DNA of 64,000 nucleotides, from the NCBI RefSeq assembly GCF_048593235.1, contig NC_133620.1:168518852-168582851 (forward strand), in the 5' to 3' direction. Position numbers and translations under genes: made by a program. The stretch comes from Sminthopsis crassicaudata (Eukaryota). Position 1 is the stretch's first letter. Every line of letters starts with the position of its first letter. Positions 13,213 through 25,209 of this stretch are shown here, in pieces. The notes beneath the pieces were generated by a model. That model had not been told where the DNA came from. It saw only the letters and a list, made by a program, of their open reading frames with translations, and did no database searches.

Positions 13213-14399
13213 CAGAGATGGGAGTATTTAACTCAAATTAAGATTATAGCTACTACACAAAATGTACCCACTTGATTCAGAATTTCAACAGATAAAATAT
13301 TTAAGGATTTTACTCATCATTATTTGATAATAACTTAAAAGAAAACAAGATGTAGTTCAAAAGTAACATATTAATTCATTTTTGTCATAGACAATTTTTT
13401 TTCAGCAAACTTCTCGGAGTGATGTTATATGACCAAGGATAAGAGAATGACCTCCAAATTAAGATGTACTTTAGTCAATTAATTTCAAATGAGTTCTACA
13501 TTTATAGATTTAAAGCCTGAAAAGACTTTGGAAGTTTTGTAATCTATCTCTCCCCTTTTATAGATGAGGAAACTGAGATTCAGCGAGGAAAAAGGAGGTG
13601 TCATAGCCATCCAAAGTAATTATAAAAATAGCTAACATTTAGAAGTGACTACCCCAGTTTACAGAGGTGCTAAATGATAGAGCTGATGTTACTGTTCAAG
13701 CCCTCTTGAACCAAATTCAGCTCTCTTCTTAGTCTAATAGCTTATAGTACTTATATGTCCCTATAATTACAAATGTTTACTTCCTTTTGTGCATTTCAAC
13801 ACAGTGAGACTAAAAAATATACTCTCTGCAAGGGCCTTCAAAAAAACACCATAGTGTTCAATGTAGGATGAAAATAACTGAGTTCCTGAACAGCACACAC
13901 CCTGTTGTTCCAGTGGTATCTTTAAGGGCCATCTTAACTAAATGTGGAAAGTGCTCATCAAGAAAAGGCTGGCCTCGAAGGTGTTTAATTTTTTGGCTAT
14001 AATAACTCATGAGATAATAAAAATCACAGATGGTATGTGACCCATGTAATTGCACAGTGATACTGGTAGGAAAATAGAAGATATTAAGGATAACAGGTTT
14101 CATCAAAATTCATTTTCATAAAAATTAAACTGTTGATCCTTCAATGATGAAATTTTTGTCCAGTAATAACTACTACATACTGGAGGAATAAAACCATATG
14201 AATACTGACATTTTCACTACAAATGAAACAAGAAGATGTAAAGATATTTTACCTGAATGGAAAAATAGCTCATAGAAAAATTCTGTTATCTCTCCGGTAA
14301 ATATAATATATGCTTTAAAACTCCACATGTAACATTAGTTTACAGTTTCTCATATAGTCTTTTCTTGTTTTTTGTTTTTTGTTTTTTTTTTTTTTTGCA

Positions 14400-14610
14400 G
14401 CTTGATATAGTGGGTAGTGCTGGAACTGAAGTTCAGGAAGACTAAATTAAATTCATATTTAAACAGTTACTTGACTTCTATCTACCTAAGCTTCCTCCTC
14501 TGCAAAATAGGGATAACAGCATCCACTTTGAAGAGTTATAGTGAAATTCAAAAGAGATAATATATGTCAGGTCCTTCACAAACCTCAGATCACACTAAAA
14601 TATTAGTAAT
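14400..14610 (+). mobile_element. MIR-family SINE
   Basis: cttcctcctctgcaaaatagggataacagcatcc...gagataatatatgt. Confidence 0.65.
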
Positions 14611-15149
14611 TATAATTACAATTGAAATAGTTCTATGTGTTGATTATTAAATTAAAAATTTCAAAAAAAATTTAATGTGAAAAAAAAGAAGCACTTCCAG
14701 ATTTCTTTAAAAAGACAAACAATCAAGGAGTTGGCACAGCTTATTTTTTTCATATATCTACAGGCAAAAAAAAATTCCATTTCATCTGACACTTGTCATA
14801 GTGATTTGTAATGCTCATGAGGAACACAAAAAGGCCACAAAGATAACGGCAATTTATGCTCCAAATGTCCCACATAGTACCTAGTTTAAGGCCCAACAGG
14901 GATAGGGATACTTAGATGAGAGTACCTCCAGATAATCCTACTGGTTGGTGATAGTGTACTTAGAACAGGCCAGGACCTCCTCAATGAGGTCTATGTCCAT
15001 TCAAAAGAGACCAAGAATACACAAGACTAAAGACTGGGAGTTGCAGAGTTTGGTCTGTTATAGTCATCTTAGACAGGTGCCTACCAAATGAGTGGGACAG
15101 ATAAGCCAGGCCAGCTCAACTAAAACAAAAACTAAGTAAAATAGAAAAC

Positions 15150-15480
15150 AATAAAGAATAAGATTGAAAATCTAAGTTGGAATCAGACTGTGGATAGTAT
15201 TAAATAACAGGATCAGACATTTATTTATTATTTGGAAAACAACAGGGAGTTACTGAAGGTTTCTGAGTAGTAGAATGAAACAGATAGTGATGCACTGGGA
15301 AGATGACTCAAAGACTATGAAGATAGAGATGGTAGCAGATAAACATATAGTCAACTATTGCAATAGTCCAAGGGGGAGGTTAGGAAAGGATTCTTGTGTT
15401 GGGAATGAAGATATGTCTGTAGCAGAATGGACAAGATTTAAAATAGATATCAGATTGTTGCAAGGCAATTCTATAAGGTG
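15150..15480 (-). mobile_element. L2 fragment
   Basis: ggaaaacaacagggagttactgaagg...aagactatgaagatagag...gcaatagtccaagggggagg. Confidence 0.6.
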
Positions 15481-16856
15481 TCAGCCTACTGGACATGGAC
15501 ATTACAGAGCAGTGACAACTGATGCATATTGTTTGTTAACTAGATAAATGAAAGACTGTAGAGTAGCTATGGGAATTTTGCTTCCCATATGCAGGGCAAG
15601 TCTAAATAATTGCCAAGATTCTATTTTCCTACTTAAAAAAAACAAAACAAAACAGTGGCCCATGATTATCCATTTCTTCTTAGCCCTGTACATCATTACA
15701 CAAGCGATAGTATTTACTTCTTGTTAAATATATCAATTGATGTTCTGGGTCAACTTATTAACGTATTCAAGAAAGCCTAATAATAAAAAATATTTTACAA
15801 AATATTAAATTTAAAAATTTTATTAACTTTTCATGAAGATCTGTCTTCTTCCCTTCTCTTATCTCTACTATGAAGGCAAACAAACAAAATACAACAAAAA
15901 ACCAAACAAACCAAAATCCCAAATTTCAAAATTGTATAATCAAGCAAGCAAATTCCTGAATTGGCCAAGTCTAAAAAAAAAAGTTAAATCTCAATCAATA
16001 TTCTGAATTCACTATTTCCCTATTTGTCTGAAGACAGAATGTTTTATCGTGAGGTGATTAGAGTTCCTAAGTCTTTCAAAATTGTTTGCTTTTACAGTAT
16101 TGTTATTCTGTAAGTTCTTCTGATTTTATTCTGCATCGCTTCATAAGTCTTCCTAGGTTTTCTGAAATCATTTCCTTCATCATTTCTTACAGAATAATAA
16201 CATTTCATCACACTCATATACCACTTGTTCAGTCATTCCTTACATCACAGATACTCAGTTTCCAATTCTTTGTCACCACAAAAAGAATTGTTCTAAATCT
16301 TTTGACATATATACATCCTGTTCCTCTTTTTAAAAAAATGTATCTGGAATATAGATGTAATAGTAATATTGTATCAAAGAGTACACACAGTTTAATATAG
16401 GTTGATTTTTTGAAGGTAATTGTGTAACTATATTTTTTGATTGTTCTTTTTTCAAATTACTTGTAGAGACATAAATTATCAATTAGTTCTCATTTTTCTA
16501 TCAAATATTCTAGTTACTTTAAAGAATTAAAATTGTTGATGATATCTAAATTTCACATGCTTTAATTGCTTTTTAATTTAGAAAGCTTCAATAATCCTTT
16601 TATTACATATAATTTTTATACTGTTTAGGTTCTTCAACAGAAAACTCAATATCAAAGGGTGTTATATATTATTAGGGCTTGACTATGTTTGAAGAAGAAA
16701 TGTACAATTTAGTACTGTTTCCAGTTTGGTAAAGTCAAAAGTAAAATCAACTGTAGGTACATAGTAGCATATTACAAAGTAGAAAATTAAAGTCCCTAGA
16801 GAATGAGAAGCTAGATAAGATTAATACAAAAGAATGGGGAATAGAAAACCATTATG

Positions 16857-16965
16857 AGAGCACTGTCCCTGGAATAGGAGGATCTGAGTTCAAATTCAAA
16901 TTCAGACACTAACAAGTTATGTGATCCTGTGCAAGTCACTTAACCCCAATTATTATCCCCAAAAG
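16857..16965 (+). mobile_element. WSINE1-like SINE, diverged
   Basis: gagcactgtccctggaataggaggatctgagttcaaa...gcaagtcacttaaccccaatt. Confidence 0.75.
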
Positions 16966-17357
16966 AAAATCGCTATAAGAGAGGAAATCACAAGATCATA
17001 TAGCACCTTTTCCCTAAAGAACAGACCCAGGGGTGTTCCATGAGAAAGGGGGGATGATGCTGTGCTGGAAATCCTCCTATCCTTGGTTAGTGACTTAGGC
17101 AAATTATTTTACCTCTTTTTGGCTTCCAATTTTCTCATGTAAAAAATGGAGATAATTTACATCTCTTTGCTTTTCTTAAATGAAGATCAAATAAAATAAC
17201 ATATGAAAATATTATGAAAAATTATTAAGTGCTACATGAATATTATTAGTATATTATCCCACAATAGGGTATATAGGTTCTTCCTCCCAATAGAAAAGCC
17301 TATAAGAAAATTAAATAATTTGAAAAGATAAAATTTTTCTTAGGAATTAAATATTTC

Positions 17358-17500
17358 GGGGTAGCTAGGTGGTGCAGTGGATAGAGCACCAGCCTTGAAT
17401 TCAGGAGGACCCGAGTTTAAATCTGGTCTCAGACACTTAACACTTCCTAGCTGTGTGACCCTGGGCAAGTCACTTAACCCCAGCCTCAGGGAAAAAAAAA
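17358..17500 (+). mobile_element. Full-length WSINE1-like tRNA-derived SINE with A-tail and target-site duplication
   Basis: GGGGTAGCTAGGTGGTGCAGTGGATAGAGCACC...CTGGGCAAGTCACTTAACCCC plus poly-A; near-identical flanks gaattaaatatttc (17344-17357) and gaattaatatttc (17501-17513). Confidence 0.9.
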
Positions 17501-18225
17501 GAATTAATATTTCTCTTATATAAATGCAACAGGTAAATGAATAAATAAAGAGTGTTATTTCCAAAAAGAAAACAGGCCAAAAATGGGGAAAAGGCAGCTA
17601 AAGGAAGAAGCTGGTCCAGCCTCCACCCAAAGAAGTAATGGTACCTTCTCCAATCACATCACAAAGACACATAGGAAAATAGAAAAATAATCAGGGAAAG
17701 AAAGAGCATCATGAATTTCTTCATAATTTATTAAATTATCTAGACATAATGGGCAAATAATTCATATTTCTAAAAGTAATTTTGAAAAAAAAGTAGTCAT
17801 ATAACTGCCTTCAAAATATATCAGGTTATATTAATTCTACACTTTTGCAGCTTAACATTCTGTAGATTCACTGGTATCCAATTTTGAGACAGTAATAAAA
17901 AGATTATAACCAACATATTGCCTTACAATAAGGGCATATTCACTCAAATTTACTCACCCACATGGAGAAACCCAAAAGAAAGTTAGGGAATCACCCAGAG
18001 ATGACAGATAATAAAAAGATATAGATATTAGAAAGAAAGATAGGAACAAAATGGAAAGAGCAGGTTACATGGACTCAGACAGGGTTTAATAGCAAATAGA
18101 GGATAGCAACTAATTCAATCAAATATTTATTCAGTACCCAGTACATGCAAAGTATAATGGTATGTGTGTATATACATAGAATCTGATGTGTGATCAGGTT
18201 AACAGACTTTTCCTTAGAGCCTCTG

Positions 18226-18498
18226 AAATAGCTAAGTGGTCTACAGCATAGAAAATATTGATCTTGAAGTTAGGAAGACCCAAGTTTAAAACCAGTCTCA
18301 GACACTTATGCAGCTGTGTGACCCTGATAAGTCCCTTAACCTCTGTTTCCTTCAGTTTCTTCAATTGCAAAATAAGGATAATAATATTACTTACCTTCTA
18401 AGGTTGTTGTGAGGATTAAATTATGTAATATTTATAGAGCACTTAACATAATGCCTGTTACACAGTGGGCATGACATAAATTCTAGCTATCGTTATTA
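18226..18498 (+). mobile_element. MIR-family SINE, near full length
   Basis: ctgtgtgaccctgataagtcccttaacctctgtttccttcagtttcttcaattgcaaaataaggataataat...ggttgttgtgaggattaaa. Confidence 0.8.
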
Positions 18499-19834
18499 TA
18501 TTAAACCAAAAAGATAACAAAATGGGTTTCTTTAGAATAGATCTATTGGTACTTCTATCAGTTTTTCTCAATATTTATTCTCAATAATCATCATATTTAT
18601 AATCTATTAGCTGTAACCCAAGGCCTGATGTAAAATAGCAATGGTACTTAACAAGATGAAGATTTGATTATATACAAATGTAAGAAATCTATGCTTAAGG
18701 CACCATAATATTAAAAGCTGGATTTTTAAACAACATTAAAAATGTGTTTAACTGACATTTCAAAATAAGAGAGTTTCAAAAAGAATAAAAAGAACATATA
18801 ATCTTTTAAATTCTAGCAAAGAATACTTTAACAAATAATGACCATTGTAACATCTCTGTAGAAATCTTTATGAGACCTAATAAAATCTCGTCTCATTTTT
18901 ATGCATAAATGAGAGGCCTCAAGGTTATATTTTGCTACAGAGATGTGAAATGTGTCAATAAAAATCAATAAGCATGGCAGGAACTTATAATTGCTAGGCT
19001 TCACCAATAGATGAAGACTGCATCATTAGTGAGACTCAAATTAGACTCAAAGACTACAAATGAATAACCCCCTGGATATAGGATTGAAATGGAGCTGCAC
19101 TGTTAGGGAAATTGCTCAATACAACATAGTGGTCAATTATTACACATTTTTAAGTGCTTGCTACGTGCCAGATACTCTGCTAAGCACTAGGATAAAAAGA
19201 AAAAGTCCCTGCCTTCAAGAAGCTAGTAGTTTAATGAATATTGAAAAACAAAACAAAACACCAATGAACAAACCAGCTATGTGCAGAATAAACTGGAGAT
19301 AATCAATAGAAGGAAGGCATTATCAACAATATTTTTAATAACAGTGGTCTCTTGTGTCCATCTTTGCAGTCAGCAGTTGTTGTGGAAATTAATAAGGACA
19401 GCAAGAACAGACAGAAATCTACATCTTAATGAAAGGACCCAATGTAGGACCCAATATCACACATTCCAAATGGTAAAGTGATATTCCCCAAATCATCAAA
19501 AGACCAAGAGTAAACCTGCCATTATATATGGTAGATCCTCTCTAAAGGATTGTTATATAAGATGTATATAGAAAGAAGTATAATCTGCATAGGTAGTTGA
19601 AATCCTCAGGAAATATATAATAGAATTGAGGATGATCCAGAAGAACAAATTAAAGATTAAGATTCTTGAATGTGTTAAGACAAAAGCTAAGAATCATACA
19701 ATTGAAGTCTACAAAATTAATGTTTGTTGACTTTAAATTATGAACACAGTATATACAAAGAGAAGATATATTTATTATTTATCAAGTCCCATTACACTAG
19801 AATAAGAGCTTATTCCCTGAAGAAAAAATATTTG

Positions 19835-19930
19835 TTGTTGTTTATTGTTCAATGTTTCAGTGGTATCCAACTCTTTGTGATCCAATTTGGAGTTCTTAGC
19901 AAATTTACTGGAGTTGTTTTGTTTCATATC
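19835..19930 (-). mobile_element. MAR1-like or RTE 3' tail fragment
   Basis: ttgttgttg...tccaactctttgtgatccaatttggagttcttagcaaatttactggagt. Confidence 0.6.
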
Positions 19931-20269
19931 AATTCAAGAAAATATTACTTTACAGAATATGTAATCATCATGTCATTTTTCTCAAGATACAAGAAATTTA
20001 AAACTGATTCATAAAGCTATTTAGATAAAAAAGGCAAGCATTTATTAAGTGCTTACTAAGAAATATTCATAAAAAGAAGATAAAAATATTTGGGGGTCAC
20101 TCTATTAACCTTTTAAGTTAATAAAAAAGGAAGACAACAATGTCCTTCCACCATACCACATTGTGTACCTCTCTCAGAGACAGGGTACTGGGATGGATAG
20201 AAGAACATAATTCTGACAAAAAGAATTCTGAATCAAGCTTTCAATTGCTACCTACTAACAAAATGCAAA

Positions 20270-20720
20270 TTCCTTCATCCAGCTTTCAAAGTCCTCCCTA
20301 ATCTGGTCGCCTCATCACATTCTACCTCAATACCTAACCCACCTTCTATGATTCAGACAAACAAGATGATTACTGTTTGTCTAAGTTCCATACTTTCTAA
20401 TCTCCATGCCTCTGCTTATTCTATTCCCTATGCCTGTAATTTCCTCAGCCCCAATTTCTGCCTATTGAAATACTACAGATTTTTCAAGATCTAACTTCAA
20501 GAATGGAACCCTCTTTGACTCTATTCCACCTACCCAGTAAGGAATTTTCCTCTTGGATCCAGTACAGAACTTTTGTTAATACTTCTCATATGTGTTTATG
20601 CTGCTCTAATTGGTATTACATTTATTTATGCATGTGCTATGTTCCCCTACTAAAATGTAAACTCTATTCAGATAGTAGCCATATCTTACTAATTTTTTGC
20701 ATCAGATACAACATCTAGAA
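20270..20720 (+). mobile_element. L2 3' end fragment
   Basis: ttcatccagctttcaaagtcctccctaatctgg...ctattccctatgcctgtaat...aaatgtaaactc. Confidence 0.7.
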
Positions 20721-21445
20721 CACTGTAAACATATGTAATAAGCACTGAATATGTGTGTGTAACATAATTGCACTCATGTGAATTATCCCTTCTAAGAATG
20801 CAAAGAAATCTAAGGGAGGTAGGTGTACTGGAGCTTCTCTGATGTTACACCTTTTGGATAACACTTTCTAATAGTCAAGTCCTTTAGTAAATACATTTCT
20901 TTGTATAGGGACCAAGATGGACCTGCCATTTATCAGAAAGTTTAGTGATTTTTGAATCATATTATGTAGAAGGAATACCTACAGAAGAAATTTCAGTATT
21001 ATGAGTTCATATATTACTTAAATCTGAGCTTCAAAAATGTATTTCAAATAATGGACTCCATAAAAAAATCTTTATTCCCCCATTCCTAATCTCACCTTCC
21101 TCACAAAACTAAACCAAACTTAAAATCTATGCTGGTTTAGACTGTAAAACTTTAAAAAAAGTAATTTCCCAAAATCTGGACCATTAAAAAACCCAATGTT
21201 ATAGTAAAATTCTCATATTTAAGTCCTAATAAAAACGTTTGATTTATCCAAAACATGAAAGTATCAAAAGTACTAAATACATTCAAATATTTGCAGTTTG
21301 GATGAAATGATACAAGGAGGAATTACCATCATAACTTCTCAAATATTTACAAAAGTCTTACATTCTTTAAATGATGAGTATGATGGGCAACATAAAAGAA
21401 TTAGGCTTATTCCCAACTATTTTTAAAGTAATTAAAGAAAATTAC

Positions 21446-21604
21446 CTAGATGACTTCTTTTCGTGATCATCACACAACAGCGGCTTCTTGTAAGGAGGTT
21501 TACCTTCCATATCTTCCTGTATGTTTCTCTCTGGCACAGATTTTCCAGATGATCGATTCTGAATCAATGATTTGGAGTCAATGTGCTCAGGACTAGGACA
21601 TTTT
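21446..21604 (-). CDS. L3MBTL3: Probable additional in-frame L3MBTL3 exon (KCPSPEHIDSKSLIQNRSSGKSVPERNIQEDMEGKPPYKKPLLCDDHEKKSS)
   Basis: Branch-point-like ttctaac upstream, caacag|A acceptor and AG|gtaatt donor; 159 nt (53 codons), phase 2 to 2; stop-free in the required frame; retains CpGs. Not in the human protein as I recall it. Confidence 0.72.
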
Positions 21605-21757
21605 CTGTTGATATTTTAAACAAATGGAAAGGCGTTAGAATTTAAATCCTAAGTCTTCTTAATTTGTTTGAAGCTAATAATTGAAGTTACATGCCAATGC
21701 TTTTTTTTTTTTTTTTTCTTGAACAAATTTTTTTTCCCCATAAGAATGATGCCTTTT

Positions 21758-21907
21758 GGAATAGCTAGATGGCACATTGTATAGAGCATCAGTCCAAAGT
21801 CAGGACTTGGATTCAAATCCAGCCTCAGATACTTCACACTTGTTATCCTGGACAAGTAAGTCACTTAACTCCAAATGCATCACCATAAAAAACCCCAAAA
21901 AACAAAA
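21758..21907 (+). mobile_element. WSINE1-like SINE, diverged
   Basis: A-box-like and B-box-like head, aagtcacttaac core, A-rich tail. Confidence 0.75.
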
Positions 21908-22789
21908 TTATAAAGAATGAGGCCATTTATAAACATTACTTAGGCCAAAAAAAGTTATAGAGAATTCTAGGTGATATTTTTTGGATAGTTACTTGGCAAG
22001 GAAATTTTAGCAGTATCAGTTCAGATGTTCAATTTTATAATACCATGGAGGTTATAAAATACAAATATTTCACCATCAGAAAACCTCTGCATTGGTTTTA
22101 AACATCTTTAAAAATACCTCCCCAAATCTTCACATCTAGAATTATTTTTCTACCAAATCCACTTTTTTGATTTTTATTTATCTTGGGCCTTCCAACTAAT
22201 AAATACTAGATGATGACTGATCAAACTTGTAGCTCAACAACTGGTTTCACAATTACAGAAAACACATAGAAAAAAGCTATTGATTATACAGTTGTAGTTG
22301 GTCTGTTCAATTCATCTAGGTCTGCTCAAGTAGGAAAAAAATAGTGTTTTCAGATTTTTGTTATCCATATGGGTATAAATACATGGGTAAGAAAAATGGC
22401 ACCAAAAAGGAAAAAGGGCTAAATTTAAAAATTTGAAATTTTGAAACCTACGGTCAAACTCCAGAACTCCTTTTTTTTTTTCTACCTGTTAAAACTTTGA
22501 GCAAATTATATTTTCTTATCTATAAAACAGATGGCTGGACTCAAAGATCTCTAAGTTTACTAAGTTTAAGATTCATGATTTCCATCCTGACTTAAGTAAT
22601 GCTAATATAGGCAAAACCTAAAGTTTTTCTTAAGTTCATCAATACATAAATTATTTTATACCTCTATTTTAACTGTGTAATTATTTTAAGACAAGCAATA
22701 TTATGCATAACATACTTGAAAACATAAAACAACATTTAATAACAGCCTTGTATTAATGACATCATTATTATCATAATTATTTTAATTAC

Positions 22790-22939
22790 TTGATCTCTGG
22801 AGAAGAAGAACATTCATTTATTTCCATCTTTTTATTCCTTGTTAATGATGGGCTAGCTGGAGACATCTCACCACTTAAACGATCTGGAAGGATACGGTCT
22901 TTGTTCAAATTGATTTCTGAATAAGGACAATTGATAGCA
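22790..22939 (-). CDS. L3MBTL3: L3MBTL3 exon (AINCPYSEINLNKDRILPDRLSGEMSPASPSLTRNKKMEINECSSSPEI), completes the zinc finger
   Basis: cttctttcag|TGCT acceptor and AA|gtaatt donor; 150 nt, phase 2 to 2; visible inside ORF 22786..23037; matches recalled human AANCPYSEINLNKDRIFPDRLSGEM. Confidence 0.96.
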
Positions 22940-23689
22940 CTGAAAGAAGCAAAGAAGAGAAGAACCATTTTATTAGAATACTCACTTTTCTCAGTTAAAA
23001 GCATAGCTTTAAAGATCATAAAATTCAATAAATACAATGAAAGATTACAAAAAGGATTAAAGAAATAACACAGTATGGAATATTTTATATTTAAAATATA
23101 ACATTTACTGAATTAGAAAAGCTATGCTTTCACTAGATTCTGAGAAGTATATGGATGTGATTTCATGGATAAATGTAATCTTTGTAGAACTACACTTTCA
23201 AGAAAAATGAGTAGAAGCAGAGAGCAGGCAGGTTTTTGCAATGACCATTCCACCATTACCATACCCTTCCAACTTCCAGTGGTTTAGTCATCAAAATATG
23301 TAATTGTTTTCTCAAGGCTGCTAATGAAATTGTTCTGTAGACTTTCCAAAAGATCTATTTTTCTATATAGGAAAGCAAACACTAGAGCAGATGGAATCAA
23401 GTCACAGATACAAAGATTTCTCCTTGAAAGGGGGGAGAGTACTAATAAGGGGACTGACAATTCTTTTCAGGGGGTGAAAGAGTTTCAGTGGATTTTATGA
23501 TACCTGAGCCAAAGCACTAAAAACTTCAATCATTTAGCTAGCCAAAATTCTATAGTTTCCAGATACAAACCAAGAAGAAACATTGCCATGGAGCTAATCA
23601 AGGTCTAAAGTCCACTATCTCCAAATGCTACCACCAGAGAAAATTTGGGAAGATAAGGGCCCCTTATTAGGTCAGCAACTCAGCTGAAT

Positions 23690-24260
23690 TCTTCCAACAT
23701 TCTCTTATAAACAAGTTTAAAAGGATGCCTCAAATTCAGTCTTGGAGTGTCAGAACCAACAGAAGGCTGGGATGAGATATTTTTTCAGCCTAAAACATCT
23801 CATGAGTCTGGCAGGAGAGATATGTGACATCAGGGGTGGAAGCCAGCCAAGAGTGCAGCACATGCTGTGAGACAACACCAGCAACAGACCTTGGAGGTGG
23901 CCAGGACAACAGCAGCAGCTGCAGTAACTTTAGGAGGTCTCAGTCCATAGACAATAAGGGGGTTGGATAACTGGTCAGAAAAAGATTACAGGCTGGAACA
24001 GGTTGTGGAACCACGTAGCACTGTCTACAGACAGCTTCATATTACAATTCTAGGTTAAAGAACACCACTTGTTGTAACTGCAGGGGAACAATCCTCCTTC
24101 TTGCATACAGGTCAGGAAGGAATAAAATTTCTCCTTGAATAATATTACCTTGGAAGTACCCAAAACTTAAGAGATTCCCAGAACTAGCTCTGAAAATAGC
24201 AGCATGAAAAACCTGAAGCCTGGGACTTTGTCTTTTCTATTCCAGGAGCAGAGCCCATCT
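23690..24260 (+). mobile_element. Marsupial L1 5' UTR-like segment
   Basis: GC-richer tract (cttccaacattctcttataaacaagtttaaaaggatgcctcaaa...gagcagagccc) resembling marsupial L1 5' ends and lying upstream of ORF2 remnants. Confidence 0.5.
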
Positions 24261-24299
24261 TTTACTATTCATATCCTCTTGTAATTTATTAAACGTTTC

Positions 24300-25150
24300 C
24301 TTTAAGTATTTGAAACTACTGTTGGTGGAGTTGTGAATAGATCCAGCCATACAGGGGAGCAATTTGGAACTATACTCAAAGGACTATCAAACTGGGCATA
24401 TCCTTTGATTTAGATGTCTTTACTGAGTCTATATCCCAAAAAGATCATAAAAGAGGGAAAAAGTCCCATATGTGCAAAATATTTGTAGCTATTCTTTTTG
24501 TAATAGCAAATAACTGAAAACTGAGTGGATGAAAACTGAAGAATGGCTTACTAAGTTGTGGTATTTAAATGTAATGGGATACAATTGTTCTATAAAGAAA
24601 TGATGAAGAAAATTATTTTTATATAATTTTTTTTATTTTTCAAATATTTCAAAAATTAAAAAAAAAAAAGAAACAATGTCCAAGAAGATTTCAGAAAAAC
24701 CTGGAAAGACTTACATGAACTGATGCTGAGTGAAGTGAGCAGAACCAAAAGAACAATGTACACAGTAACAACAAAATTATGTGTTCATAGTAACAATTAT
24801 GACAGAATTAGCAATGTTGTAATCCAAAACAATTCCAATGGATTTGGGATGCAAAATGCCATCTGCATCCAGAAAGAATTACGAAGACTGAATGCAGATT
24901 GAAACATACTCTTTTTCCTTTTTAAATTTTTTTCATTCTTGTGGTTTCTCCCTTTTGTTTTGATTTTTCTTTCACAACATGATTAATGAGGAAACATGTT
25001 TTAAAAGATTATACATATATAACCAATATCAGATTGCTTAAGGTCTTGGAGTGGGGAAGGGGAAGGAAAGGTGGGGAAAAAATTTTGAATTCAAAATCTT
25101 ACAAAAGTGAATGGTGAAAATGATCTTTACATATAATTAGAAAAAATAAA
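24300..25150 (+). mobile_element. 5'-truncated L1 (ORF2 C-terminus plus 3' UTR)
   Basis: agcaatttggaactatactcaaaggactatcaaactgggcatatcctttga...gacttacatgaactgatgctgagtgaagtgagcagaacc; A-rich end. Confidence 0.85.
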
Positions 25151-25209
25151 ATACTATTAATAGAGGGGATGAATTTGAATGTTATGTCATTTGGTTCACA
25201 TTCACTAAA

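Noticed and set aside
14253-14282. Possible 30-nt micro-exon (taacag|...CAG|gtaaaa) on the gene strand
   Set aside because: No polypyrimidine tract and a stop in the required frame; consistent with chance.
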